A stretch of 64,000 nucleotides of DNA, taken from NCBI GenBank assembly GCA_964358085.1, contig CAYHNU010000001.1, forward strand, positions 11,220-75,219, in the 5' to 3' direction. This document shows, piece by piece, positions 35,521 to 45,144 of the stretch. The position numbers and the translations under genes were made by a program. Origin of the DNA: an uncultured Gammaproteobacteria bacterium (GTDB taxonomy: Bacteria > Patescibacteriota > Microgenomatia > CAZETR01 > Amesbacteraceae). Below the pieces are notes generated by a model. It was not told the origin of the DNA. It was given only the letters and a program-made list of their open reading frames with translations, and made no database searches. Positions within the stretch are counted from its first letter, which is position 1, and each line of letters starts with the position of its first letter.

Positions 35521-37508
35521 AATGGTTTCTCACTAGCATTGTTCTATCCTTAAGTTTAGTAGCCATTTGGATGGGGCCCAAAAAGATGTTGGCTCATGCG
35601 GAAGAAGGTCTGCCATTTTATAATCCCTCACGCACTTTCCAAATATACAAGTATATCTGGCAAGACTCGAATTTGGGATTCATTAACCCCTTCTTAACTT
35701 CCAGGCTCACGCTTTACGGGTTCTCTGCCTGGCTTAATTCATTTGAGATCCCTAGCCAGGAGTTGTTTTTCTTTATATTAATTTTAACCCCCCTTGTCGT
35801 TATTCCTCCTCTATCCCAAACTCTCTTTCCCACCTTAAATGGCTCGGTTGGAAAATTTGCCGCTCTTTTTTATGTTTTTAACCTATTTGTCCTAACTCAA
35901 GTCTGGCACCGCTTCATCTACCCGCTGATTTTCCTGTGGTCATATCTCCCTTTGTTTCTTCTACTCTGGCTTAAATGGTTGGAAACAAGAGAAAAGAAGT
36001 ATTTATTTTATTTCATATTATCCAATTTCATTTTTTCAGATGTTTACGGATTAACCTCTTCCATCTTTGCTCTCTGGATACCGGCTGGAATTCTCTGGTT
36101 CAAGAACAGGCGAATCATTCCGGCCGTGGTAGCAATATTTCTCTGGTTAGTGACAACCGTTTGGTGGTGGTACCCATTAGTTGCCATAAAAGATAATCGC
36201 TTTAATAAATTTTTAAACCCGGCTCAAAATTTAATCTCACTTGTAGATGTCAGTAAATACTATCTTAATTCCGACATTTTATTATTAAAGCAAAAATATT
36301 ATTTTTCTCCCCAAACCATCTGGTTCAACTTTTTTTCCCGCCTACCCATAAATTATCTTAGCTGGATTTTTCCCATCTTACTTGCAATTGGTTCAGTTTG
36401 GGCTATCAAATCCAGATCAGGCAGACTATTAATTATTTGGCTTGTAATTGGTTGGTTTTTTATCAAAGGAGCCAATCCTCCTTGGGGTACCCAATTTTAC
36501 GAATGGTTGTTTAAGACCTTTCCCTTCACCATGGTCGTACGCAATCCCTACGAGAAACTTGGAGTGATTTTTCTTCTCCCTTATTGTCTGCTCATGGCTT
36601 TCGGTCTTTCCCGCATTCCACTCCGCTTCGGTAAGATACTTGTGATTTTTCTTGTCGGTTTTGTTTTACTGCGCCCCATGTGGACAGGCCAGGTTTTTTC
36701 CGGCTACCAAGTCCAAGTGCCTTCTTCATATAGTTTAGCAAATAGTTATCTTAACTCCGGTAGCAATTTACGTCTTTTGCAACTACCCTTTTTGCACGGA
36801 GCCGGGACCCAATACACCTGGGGTTATGGCGGCGAAGAACCGTCCAACTTCTTCTTTGATCGTCCATCCCTCTCTGGCACTTACTTTTCTCCCACCGATC
36901 CCTACTTATTTCTTTACAAATACATGCGTTCTCCCAAGACTTACCGCCTGCTCCAGCTCCTTGCTGTAGACACCATAGTTCTTCACAAAGATACTTTACC
37001 GGGACCAGCTTATCAGGAAAACTATGCTGGCTCTCGGGCCCTGCTTAGCCAAATGGAGCATATAAGTCTTGCTAAAACATTCCCCGATCTAGATATTTAC
37101 CAATTAAATCCCAATTTGCCAATTGGCTGGGGATATTTATCAAATCGGACGTTTTCCATCCCATCTCTTTCAGACGGCTTTGATTTGGTAGTCAACAACG
37201 ATTTGTTTAAACTCCATAGCGACTCGTTTGTGCTTTCACCCCAAAACCCAAAGAATCTTGGCGATAGCTTACCAAACTACACCATTACCAAGTTGTCACC
37301 AATTCGATACCTTTACCGCATCAAGCAAGCCACCTCCCCTTATATACTTATTTTGTCCCAAAATTTTAATCTCGGCTGGACGGCCGCCATAGATAAAAAA
37401 GAACTAGAAAATCATTTCCCAATTAATGGGTACGCCAATGGTTGGCTAGTTGATAAACCTGATGACTATGTTATTGATGTAAGTTTTAAAGCCTGGCCAT
37501 GGGATTAA
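35517..37508 (+). CDS. Large polytopic membrane protein with C-terminal extracytoplasmic domain (GT-C-like candidate)
   Basis: About 663 aa. N-terminal multi-TM domain. C-terminal '...FNLGWTAAIDKKELENHFPINGYANGWLVD' resembles the C-termini of the giant proteins ('GFANGWEIN', 'GYANLWEIN'). ATG at 35517 overlaps the upstream TGA. Confidence 0.5.
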   Translation: MKWFLTSIVLSLSLVAIWMGPKKMLAHAEEGLPFYNPSRTFQIYKYIWQDSNLGFINPFLTSRLTLYGFSAWLNSFEIPSQELFFFILILTPLVVIPPLSQTLFPTLNGSVGKFAALFYVFNLFVLTQVWHRFIYPLIFLWSYLPLFLLLWLKWLETREKKYLFYFILSNFIFSDVYGLTSSIFALWIPAGILWFKNRRIIPAVVAIFLWLVTTVWWWYPLVAIKDNRFNKFLNPAQNLISLVDVSKYYLNSDILLLKQKYYFSPQTIWFNFFSRLPINYLSWIFPILLAIGSVWAIKSRSGRLLIIWLVIGWFFIKGANPPWGTQFYEWLFKTFPFTMVVRNPYEKLGVIFLLPYCLLMAFGLSRIPLRFGKILVIFLVGFVLLRPMWTGQVFSGYQVQVPSSYSLANSYLNSGSNLRLLQLPFLHGAGTQYTWGYGGEEPSNFFFDRPSLSGTYFSPTDPYLFLYKYMRSPKTYRLLQLLAVDTIVLHKDTLPGPAYQENYAGSRALLSQMEHISLAKTFPDLDIYQLNPNLPIGWGYLSNRTFSIPSLSDGFDLVVNNDLFKLHSDSFVLSPQNPKNLGDSLPNYTITKLSPIRYLYRIKQATSPYILILSQNFNLGWTAAIDKKELENHFPINGYANGWLVDKPDDYVIDVSFKAWPWD

Positions 37509-38245
37509 AAACAAAAAAATTTAAAAATTGGATCATATCATATCTAAATGAAGCTGAATTAGACGAAATGTTAAAAGAACTTTATGAAAAGAAATACTAC
37601 GATTGGCAAAGTTCAAAAAGTGATCCTGTAATTTTCGATGTAGGCGCATTGATTGGAGAAACAGTTCTATATTTTAAAGAGTTATATCCCAAGGCTCGAA
37701 TCACTGCCTTTGAGCCCAGTCCTCGTAGTTTTAAACTGCTCGAAAGAAACGTTTCTCAAAATCACCTTTCTAATGTCCGTTTAATTAATGTCGCGGTGGC
37801 AAAAAATAACGGGAAAATGAATTTTTATATCAGTAAATCTGAAAATAATCCCTGGGGGAGGGGAGATTCGTTGAAAGAAAACAGATTCAATAACAAGAAA
37901 AAATCTAAAGTAATTAAGGTTTCAACAGTGAAGCTGTCCGATTATATAAAAGAGAAAATAGACTTGCTTAAACTTGACATCGAAGGAGCCGAGACTGAAG
38001 TTATTCAAGAAATTGAACCAAGGCTAAAACATGTTAAACAAATAATTTTAGAATTTCATGCCAGCGTTTATAATCCTGAAAATAGTTTACCTAAAATCAT
38101 GGAAATTTTGAAAAAACATGGATTTAAGACTAAAATCTATCTTAGCCGTTGGTTATTGCCGAATTTTGCTGCCAGTTCAATACTAATATTTTTATCAATC
38201 CTTAAAATAGATGAATATTGGCTTCGTATCTATGCAAAGCATTAA
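37499..38245 (+). CDS. FkbM-family SAM-dependent methyltransferase
   Basis: 'IFDVGALIGETVLYFKELYPKARITAFEPSPRSF', 'KLDIEGAETEV'. Confidence 0.6.
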   Translation: MGLKTKKFKNWIISYLNEAELDEMLKELYEKKYYDWQSSKSDPVIFDVGALIGETVLYFKELYPKARITAFEPSPRSFKLLERNVSQNHLSNVRLINVAVAKNNGKMNFYISKSENNPWGRGDSLKENRFNNKKKSKVIKVSTVKLSDYIKEKIDLLKLDIEGAETEVIQEIEPRLKHVKQIILEFHASVYNPENSLPKIMEILKKHGFKTKIYLSRWLLPNFAASSILIFLSILKIDEYWLRIYAKH

Positions 38246-38804
38246 TGAACATTTTATTTCGTCGGGTAAGTTGATCAAGCAATCACTATCCAAGTTACGC
38301 GACCCCATCAGTCAAGCAGCCAAGTTAATCTCTAAAACTTTTAACTCCGGAGGAAAACTTTTGATTTGTGGTAATGGGGGAAGTGCGGCCGATTCTCAAC
38401 ATTTTGCAGCTGAACTGGTAGGGCACTATTTGACGGAACGAAAACCATTAGCGGCCATAGCCCTTACCACCAACACTTCTTCGTTAACAGCAATAGGAAA
38501 CGATTACGGATTTGATAAAGTTTTTTCTCGCCAAGTTGAGGCATACGCAACAAAAGGCGATGTGCTTTTTTGTATTAGTACCAGCGGTAACTCCGCAAAT
38601 GTAATTGCCGCCGCCAAAACTGCTAAATCATTACAAGTCAAAACAATTGGTCTGACAGGCAACAAGGGAGGTAAGCTAAAATCCCATTGCGACATTAATC
38701 TCATTGTTCCATCAAACCATACTCCCTTTATTCAGGAAATTCATCTCGTTACTATACACATAATCTGCGATCTGGTAGAATCAGGTCTTCTTTCTTCGAT
38801 ATGA
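38232..38804 (+). CDS. gmhA: Sedoheptulose-7-phosphate isomerase (SIS domain, GmhA-like)
   Basis: 'GGKLLICGNGGSAADSQHFAAELVG', 'GDVLFCISTSGNSANVI'. About 190 aa. Confidence 0.7.
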   Translation: MQSINEHFISSGKLIKQSLSKLRDPISQAAKLISKTFNSGGKLLICGNGGSAADSQHFAAELVGHYLTERKPLAAIALTTNTSSLTAIGNDYGFDKVFSRQVEAYATKGDVLFCISTSGNSANVIAAAKTAKSLQVKTIGLTGNKGGKLKSHCDINLIVPSNHTPFIQEIHLVTIHIICDLVESGLLSSI

Positions 38805-40522
38805 AAGTCGTAATCTTATGTGAAGGCTTTGGCACTAGGCTGTCGTCAATAGTTTCCGATAGACCCAAACCTTTAGCCCCGATTGCGGGAAAACCTTTCA
38901 TAGAACACGTCATAAAATGGCTTTGTAGGTACGGTTACAAAGACATAATTTTCTGTGTTAGCTATAAGGCTGACCAAATTATAAAATTTGTGGGAGATGG
39001 TAAGAAATTCGGTATCAAGGCAACATATTCCAGAAGATCCCAACCTTCGGGAACAGGTGGGGCTATCAAGTTTGCCAGTCAACTCTTAAATGGCAAAGAT
39101 GAAAGAGTATTGGTACTTAATGGAGACACTTTATTTGACATTAACTTAAATAAATTTGTTGAATTTCATGATAAAAATAAATCGTTTGCAACTATCGCCC
39201 TTAGTCACGTTTTGGATGTGCATCAATACGGGGAAGTCAGTATCGATTCCGGCTATCAACTAACCAAATTCAGCGAAAAAAACCCAGAAAGCCTATTAAA
39301 TCCCCATGCCGGATTGGTTAATGGTGGTGTCTATCTGCTCAGCCGGGAAGCCTTAAATATATTAAGCAATCTCCAGCCCCCTTTCTCGATAGAGAAAGAC
39401 TTTTTCTCTGTTCAGGTTAACACCCAAAAGATCTTCGGATACGTTTCAGACATAACCCATTACGATATGGGGACACCGTCTGGTTATCGCAAAACTGACA
39501 GAATTTTAAGCGGACAGGAAGAAATCATTATTCGCAGCCGGGCTCCGTTAAGAATTTCTTTTGGAGGGGGAGGCACTGATGTGCCGCCTTTCGATCAAAA
39601 ATATGGCGGCTGTGTGCTTAATTGCACGATCAATAAGTATGTTTATGGTTTACTGAAGCTTCGTGACGACAAAAAAATAAGATTGGTTTCTTCAGACTAT
39701 CGTTTGTCGGTTGTATACAGTGACATTAAGCACTTGGAATTTGATGGACACCTGGACCTCATAAAAGGAATAATCAAGAGGGTAGATGTCAATTATGGAT
39801 TTGAACTTGAAATCAGATCGGATGTCCCACCCAATAGCGGGATGGGATCAAGCGCCAGCGTTTGTGTAGCCGTTATAGGTCTGTTTAACCATTTATTAGT
39901 TGAAAGCAAAATGACTAAATCTCAAATCGCTGAACTTGCATACAAAGTAGAAGTGGAAGATCTCAAAAACCATGGAGGAAGACAGGATCAATACGCTTCG
40001 GTATATGGGGGGCTTAATCTTTTTGAATTCAGAGGAGGCGATTTTGTCAAAGTTAGCCCTTTAAACCCAAAGAGAGAGATCTTTCTCGAGTTAGAAAGGA
40101 ACACTGTATTAGTCTACACGGGGAAAAGAGGAATTTCCGGATTACAACATGACAATAATGAAATTTCTCTACGCAAAAGAACCGAATATTTACAGGCAAT
40201 AAAAATTTTAGGATATGAATCATTTGATTCTTTAATGAGGGGGGATATAAATCGGTTCGGAAATATACTTGAGGAAACTTGGGAGTTAAAGAAAAAAGCA
40301 TTCCCTCAATCAAGCAACAAGTATATTGATTCTTTGTATTTAGCTGCAAAAAAAGCCGGCGCCATTGGAGGGAGAGTAGCCGGTGCGGGGGGCGGGGGAC
40401 ATATGGTCTTTTATTGCCGTCCCGGGACTGAGCATAAGGTGACTAAAGTGTTACAAGCCATGGGTACCAAGTCAGTAGATTTTAGTTTTGATTACCAAGG
40501 ATTAGAAACATGGGAAGTTTGA
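38801..40522 (+). CDS. Bifunctional heptose-1-phosphate nucleotidyltransferase (N-terminal, HddC-like) / D-glycero-D-manno-heptose-7-phosphate kinase (C-terminal GHMP kinase, HddA-like)
   Basis: N-terminal 'MKVVILCEGFGTRLSSIVSDRPKPLAPIAGKPFIEH' (NTP_transferase). C-terminal 'PPNSGMGSSASVCVAVIG' (GHMP ATP motif) and 'AGAGGGGHMVFYC'. 573 aa fusion. ATGA overlap with gmhA. Confidence 0.6.
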   Translation: MKVVILCEGFGTRLSSIVSDRPKPLAPIAGKPFIEHVIKWLCRYGYKDIIFCVSYKADQIIKFVGDGKKFGIKATYSRRSQPSGTGGAIKFASQLLNGKDERVLVLNGDTLFDINLNKFVEFHDKNKSFATIALSHVLDVHQYGEVSIDSGYQLTKFSEKNPESLLNPHAGLVNGGVYLLSREALNILSNLQPPFSIEKDFFSVQVNTQKIFGYVSDITHYDMGTPSGYRKTDRILSGQEEIIIRSRAPLRISFGGGGTDVPPFDQKYGGCVLNCTINKYVYGLLKLRDDKKIRLVSSDYRLSVVYSDIKHLEFDGHLDLIKGIIKRVDVNYGFELEIRSDVPPNSGMGSSASVCVAVIGLFNHLLVESKMTKSQIAELAYKVEVEDLKNHGGRQDQYASVYGGLNLFEFRGGDFVKVSPLNPKREIFLELERNTVLVYTGKRGISGLQHDNNEISLRKRTEYLQAIKILGYESFDSLMRGDINRFGNILEETWELKKKAFPQSSNKYIDSLYLAAKKAGAIGGRVAGAGGGGHMVFYCRPGTEHKVTKVLQAMGTKSVDFSFDYQGLETWEV

Positions 40523-41337
40523 AATGCTTACTAGCTAATACTGGGGATATGGCGCTAAAACGCCGAGCCAGAAGAATAATTACCGAGCTAGACCCCAAGT
40601 CCGGAGACAAGATTCTGGATATCGGTTGTGGAGATGGCTACTATCTTCATATTCTCTCCCACTTAAACATTTCCAACCTGAACCTGTCCGGCACAGATAA
40701 TGACATTAATGGGTTAAATAAAACCAGAAAAAATCTCGATAATCCGAAAATCAAAGTTTATCCTGGCGATTTGATGAAAAAACTCCCATTTGAAAATAAC
40801 AGTTTCGATAAAGCAGTTATGTCCGAAGTAGCCGAGCATTTGCCAAACGACATCAAAGGACTCAAGGAAGTCTACCGAATTCTTAAGCCAGGTGCGATTC
40901 TAAGTCTCACGGTGCCCCACGCAAACTATCCCCTTCTTTGGGACCCACTAAATTGGCTACTCGAAAGGTTATTCGGTGTTCATGTTAAATCTGGTTTCTT
41001 TGCCGGACTTTGGAATCAACATATTCGGCTATATCAGCCCGCTCAAATAGAACGCGTTTTGAAAAAAGCCGGTTTCAAAGTAGAGAAACTTGAATCACTC
41101 ACCTTTTGGTGTTTACCCTTTAACCATTATTTGGTCAACCTCGTCGCACGCTATCTTGCCCGTCAATATAGACAGGGTACTCCAAATGTTTCACTTAATA
41201 AATTTACAATCGCTTCTGCCAAACCATTTTTACTAAATGCTGCCTTTTACATTGTTAATCTCCTAGATCGTCTTAACGATATTTTGCAGCCAAGAGGCAT
41301 TGGAGTTTCGGTATTTGTAAAAGCGATTAAAGTATGA
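40510..41337 (+). CDS. Class I SAM-dependent methyltransferase
   Basis: 'KILDIGCGDGYYLHIL', 'FDKAVMSEVAEHLPND', 'LKPGAILSLTVP'. Confidence 0.6.
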   Translation: MGSLKCLLANTGDMALKRRARRIITELDPKSGDKILDIGCGDGYYLHILSHLNISNLNLSGTDNDINGLNKTRKNLDNPKIKVYPGDLMKKLPFENNSFDKAVMSEVAEHLPNDIKGLKEVYRILKPGAILSLTVPHANYPLLWDPLNWLLERLFGVHVKSGFFAGLWNQHIRLYQPAQIERVLKKAGFKVEKLESLTFWCLPFNHYLVNLVARYLARQYRQGTPNVSLNKFTIASAKPFLLNAAFYIVNLLDRLNDILQPRGIGVSVFVKAIKV

Positions 41338-42158
41338 AGCAGCTAATAGCAAAGATTTGCGACAATCTTTGTTTTGATAAAATATTTTTACTTACTGAGA
41401 ATTTGTCTCTTTTGGAGAAAGTAAAGTATACATTCAGAAAATATTTAACAATAATATTTGGACGGAAAGAAATAGTATATTTAGGTAAGGTTTTCAAATT
41501 TGATAACTCCTTTACTCCAGTGCTTTTGCAAAGTTATCCCCATGAGATTGGTACATTGGATAGAGAAATAAATTTGAATACGATTCATTCGGTTTTGGAT
41601 ATAGGGGCAAATATAGGTCAGTGGTCATTCACATTGAAGTCTTTATTTTCTCATCTGAACGTAATATCACTTGAGCCTAACCCTAAAGTTTTTCCCCTGT
41701 TGCGCGAGAATGCAAAGGGTTTTTCTAAGTGGAAATGTTACAATTTTGGGGTAGGTGATGGGGGTAGACACAAGTACATATATTATTCAGGGAATGGCTC
41801 TTCAGAAGCTAGTATTTATAACAAAATTAGCACCAACAATAAGAAAAAAGATAAAATAGTACCAGTACGCCTAGTAGTTTTAAATAATGGAAAAATAGGT
41901 GGAACTCAAATACCCAATTCGTTTGATTTAGTAAAAATTGACACTGAAGGGTCTGAGCTTGAAGTGTTACATTCAATTAGTAAACTTCATTTTAAGTACT
42001 TGGAAGTAGAAGTATCACTTAAACGAAATAGAGGAGTAACTGTAAAGGATGTCAAAAACTTTTTTAAAAGGCATACTCGTTTTCAGCCAAAATTATTACA
42101 TTTAGATATATTTAATAGTAATTCACCTGTAGCTGATGCAATTTTTTCATTAACATGA
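41334..42158 (+). CDS. FkbM-family SAM-dependent methyltransferase
   Basis: 'VLDIGANIGQWSFTLKSLFSHLNVISLEPNPKVF', 'KIDTEGSELEVL'. ATGA overlaps at both ends. Confidence 0.6.
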   Translation: MKQLIAKICDNLCFDKIFLLTENLSLLEKVKYTFRKYLTIIFGRKEIVYLGKVFKFDNSFTPVLLQSYPHEIGTLDREINLNTIHSVLDIGANIGQWSFTLKSLFSHLNVISLEPNPKVFPLLRENAKGFSKWKCYNFGVGDGGRHKYIYYSGNGSSEASIYNKISTNNKKKDKIVPVRLVVLNNGKIGGTQIPNSFDLVKIDTEGSELEVLHSISKLHFKYLEVEVSLKRNRGVTVKDVKNFFKRHTRFQPKLLHLDIFNSNSPVADAIFSLT

Positions 42159-43363
42159 AGATAAATAAGATTTATTTTTGGTCAATGGCTTCCCATGGCG
42201 CTGGAATTTCTGGAGGCGACAGAATCTTTATGGAATTTGTCAAAAGATGGAGGACAAAGCATCCAGTTACGGTTGTAACTTGGGCAGAAGGGGAGTCCAT
42301 GATGGCTAGAAACAACCTTCTTGAATCCGCAAATGTTTCCTTTCAACGTCTATTGGTTCCAAAAATTATTCGCTTTAATTTTTTATTGTGCTATCTATAT
42401 AGAATAATTATTGGTATTTTCACTGCACTAACCATGCGTCTTGATAGCCCATTAGAACTGTATTTATATTCCTCTTCCGAGTTTTGGATGGACTCACTAC
42501 CTTCTTTTATTTTAAAACTTCGTTACCCCACTATCAATTGGATTGCAACCTGGTACCAAACCGCTCCAAATCCTCTTGTTGGTTTTTCAAATGGCCGTTA
42601 TCGCATAACGGCTTTATTACTATGGCTTTCTCAATTACCAATTAAGCCATTAATTGGTAATTTTGCCGATGTTGTTTTGGTAAACAACGATACCGAAAAA
42701 AAGATATTCCCAAAATCTCAAACAATTGTAGTTTTGGGCGCAGTTGACACCAAACTGATTGAAACCTATATTGCTAAAAATCCTAAAACAAAAAAGAAGT
42801 ATGCAGCTGTCTTTCAAGGTAGATTTCATCCCCAAAAAGGAGTAGTGGAACTCATAGATGTATGGAAAAAAGTGGTTGAGAAAATCCCGGATGCCAAATT
42901 GGCCATGATAGGGGATGGCCCGCTTATGGAAAGTGTGAAATTAGAAATTAGAAATTTGAAATTGGAGAATAATGTTAAATTGTTAGGATATGTTTTTGAC
43001 GGCGATGAGAAATACAAACTATTTGCTCAAAGCAAAATTGTAGTTCACCCGGCCTTTTATGATTCTGGGGGTATGGCCTCGGCTGAAGCTATGGCCTTTG
43101 GTTTACCTTGCATAGGCTTTAATTTACCCGCTTATGAATCGTATTATCCCAAAGGTATGATTAAAATCCCCATCGGTGACTTGAATTCCTTTGCTGAAAC
43201 GATAGTTGACCTACTTAAAAATAATTCCAAACGAAATCTCGTGGGGAATCAGGCGGGAAAATTTATTCGTGGGTCTTATTCTTGGGACTATCGTGCTCGA
43301 GAGATTTTACGGCAAATAGTTGGAACGACAAATCCGGAAAGAAAAAAAGTAGAATCTCAGTAA
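42155..43363 (+). CDS. GT4 glycosyltransferase
   Basis: 'FQGRFHPQKGVVELIDVWKKV', 'HPAFYDSGGMASAEAMAFGLPCIGFNLPAY'. Contains the 28-bp (gaaattN)x4 element at 42937-42964. Confidence 0.6.
   Translation: MKINKIYFWSMASHGAGISGGDRIFMEFVKRWRTKHPVTVVTWAEGESMMARNNLLESANVSFQRLLVPKIIRFNFLLCYLYRIIIGIFTALTMRLDSPLELYLYSSSEFWMDSLPSFILKLRYPTINWIATWYQTAPNPLVGFSNGRYRITALLLWLSQLPIKPLIGNFADVVLVNNDTEKKIFPKSQTIVVLGAVDTKLIETYIAKNPKTKKKYAAVFQGRFHPQKGVVELIDVWKKVVEKIPDAKLAMIGDGPLMESVKLEIRNLKLENNVKLLGYVFDGDEKYKLFAQSKIVVHPAFYDSGGMASAEAMAFGLPCIGFNLPAYESYYPKGMIKIPIGDLNSFAETIVDLLKNNSKRNLVGNQAGKFIRGSYSWDYRAREILRQIVGTTNPERKKVESQ
42937..42964. repeat. 28-bp heptad element gaaatta-gaaatta-gaaattt-gaaattg, in frame within the GT4 gene (encodes LEIRNLKL)
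   Basis: Direct read of the sequence. Near-identical copy at 11516-11543. Confidence 0.8.
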
Positions 43364-43964
43364 CAGCCGAAAATAACCCCCAAAATATCCAAGGAGAGAA
43401 TCTGATTGATGCTTCGTCGTTTCGTAAATATTTAAGTCCTCTCAAGCCATATACTTGGTACCCCATATCTTGGAGGTCTTTTTTACTCCAACCTGAATGA
43501 TGAACTTGATACGGATTGCCATCATACGCCTTTTGATCAATGTAGCCTTGAGGAGTCATTAATATAACTTTTTTACGCGCGATCTTCTCCATCTGGGAAA
43601 TCATTTTTAAGGCCTCTTGCTTTGTTAAGTGCTCGATAACATCGATTGATATTAAGGTGTCAAAACTTTTATTTTTGTAATACTTACCTAGTTTTCTTAC
43701 ATCTCCTAATTTGTAAGTATCGTGATAGTGATTTCTTTTGCTAATCTCTATGCACCTAGGATAGATGTCAATTCCCTCACTGGAAAAAGTTTTAGCAAGT
43801 CTTCCCAGAGATGAGTCATTGCCACATCCAACATCCAGAACGCTTTTTGAGTTAGCCAATTCTTTTTCCAGTCTTGAAAAAAAGAAAATATTTTCAAATT
43901 GGCGAAAAAAATTTTTAAATCGTTCTTTTTTATTGTGATTTAGAAAAAGCTTTGGAAAATTCAT
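43263..43964 (-). CDS. Class I SAM-dependent methyltransferase
   Basis: 'VLDVGCGNDSSLGRLAKTF', 'FDTLISIDVIEHLTKQE'. ATG chosen at 43964 (reverse complement); the ORF extends to 44018. 3' end overlaps the convergent gene 42155..43363 by about 100 bp. Confidence 0.5.
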   Translation of the reverse strand: MNFPKLFLNHNKKERFKNFFRQFENIFFFSRLEKELANSKSVLDVGCGNDSSLGRLAKTFSSEGIDIYPRCIEISKRNHYHDTYKLGDVRKLGKYYKNKSFDTLISIDVIEHLTKQEALKMISQMEKIARKKVILMTPQGYIDQKAYDGNPYQVHHSGWSKKDLQDMGYQVYGLRGLKYLRNDEASIRFSPWIFWGLFSAVTEILLFFFPDLSFQLFAVKSLEHDSPKNKTHE

Positions 43965-45144
43965 TATCCCAAGTATTGACTTTTGCAAATTTAAGTAATA
44001 CTTTATGCATCTTAACATATAATATTGGGCTAGAAAACAGTGTTATAACAGCGTCGGTCAGCCCCTCTTTGTTGTCCGGAGCAATGATAGATCCCCCTAT
44101 TTCTTGTAAATTTTTTCCCAATGGCGGTACCGCAGTGGTAATAATTGGTAGCCCTGCTGCGGCATATGATCTCATTTTTGAAGCGTCGGCATATTTTCTA
44201 GTAGAGTCTGGAAAATCTCGATATGGAGCAACTGCTACATAGCAATGGCTAAGAATTTCTGCCATATCAATGTTTTTTACAACATAACCGTAAAAAACCA
44301 CCTTAGATTCGATTCCCAAAGATTTAACCAAGTTTTTCAATCGTTCAAGGTTTTTTTGTCCACCTCCAATAACGTGGAGTGTTGTTTTAGCAAATTTTTT
44401 AAGAACCAAAGGCATGGCCTCAATTGCTAGATCAGGTCCACTTTCTTCTCCAAGCGTTCCCATGTATACGAGAGAAAAAGGAAGCCGTTTATTTATAGGG
44501 GCAGAAAGTAATTGTTGTGGGTATATTCCAATAGGAACATGGATGACCGGAGATGATTTCTTTTCATCTAAGCCCAATGCAATTCTGGCTGGTTGCATAG
44601 CTTTTGATACGTCCCAAATGTAATCAGCGTGTACGGCACAATATTGATCTAAGAATAAATATATTTTATTAAAGATACCTTTGTATCTGCTTGGCGAATA
44701 GTCCAAGACATAGTATATGACTTTATTAACTTTTCCCAATTTCTTTAGTATTATGCCGGCTAACGTGTTAATACATTCTAGTCCAATGAAATAATCGTAT
44801 TTGAATTTATTCATAAGTGTCCAATCAAACACAGAAAAGAAATCTCTTATCTTGAAAAAAAGCTGTGTCCCTTGAAAATTAGTCAATTTTAAAAAGGGCA
44901 ATAATAAAAACATCCACCAAGAAGAAGAATGGGAAACGTATTTTAATTGTTGATTGGAATACTCTTCAATTATCGGCATGACGACCTCACTTCCTGGGTG
45001 TGGCTGATCAATCAGGACAAGACGTTTAACGCGGGGCACTAAGAAATCCCTCAAGGGTTCAACGTTTCCATTGGTTGGCATACGTGTGCCGTTTGTCCAC
45101 ATGGAAAACGTTACAAATAGTATCGTTGAGTTTTTAGATAGCAT
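43930..45144 (-). CDS. GT4 glycosyltransferase
   Basis: 'LHVIGGGQKNLERLKNLV', 'VAPYRDFPDSTRKYADASKMRSYAAAGLPIITTAVPP'. Confidence 0.6.
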   Translation of the reverse strand: MLSKNSTILFVTFSMWTNGTRMPTNGNVEPLRDFLVPRVKRLVLIDQPHPGSEVVMPIIEEYSNQQLKYVSHSSSWWMFLLLPFLKLTNFQGTQLFFKIRDFFSVFDWTLMNKFKYDYFIGLECINTLAGIILKKLGKVNKVIYYVLDYSPSRYKGIFNKIYLFLDQYCAVHADYIWDVSKAMQPARIALGLDEKKSSPVIHVPIGIYPQQLLSAPINKRLPFSLVYMGTLGEESGPDLAIEAMPLVLKKFAKTTLHVIGGGQKNLERLKNLVKSLGIESKVVFYGYVVKNIDMAEILSHCYVAVAPYRDFPDSTRKYADASKMRSYAAAGLPIITTAVPPLGKNLQEIGGSIIAPDNKEGLTDAVITLFSSPILYVKMHKVLLKFAKVNTWDNEFSKAFSKSQ

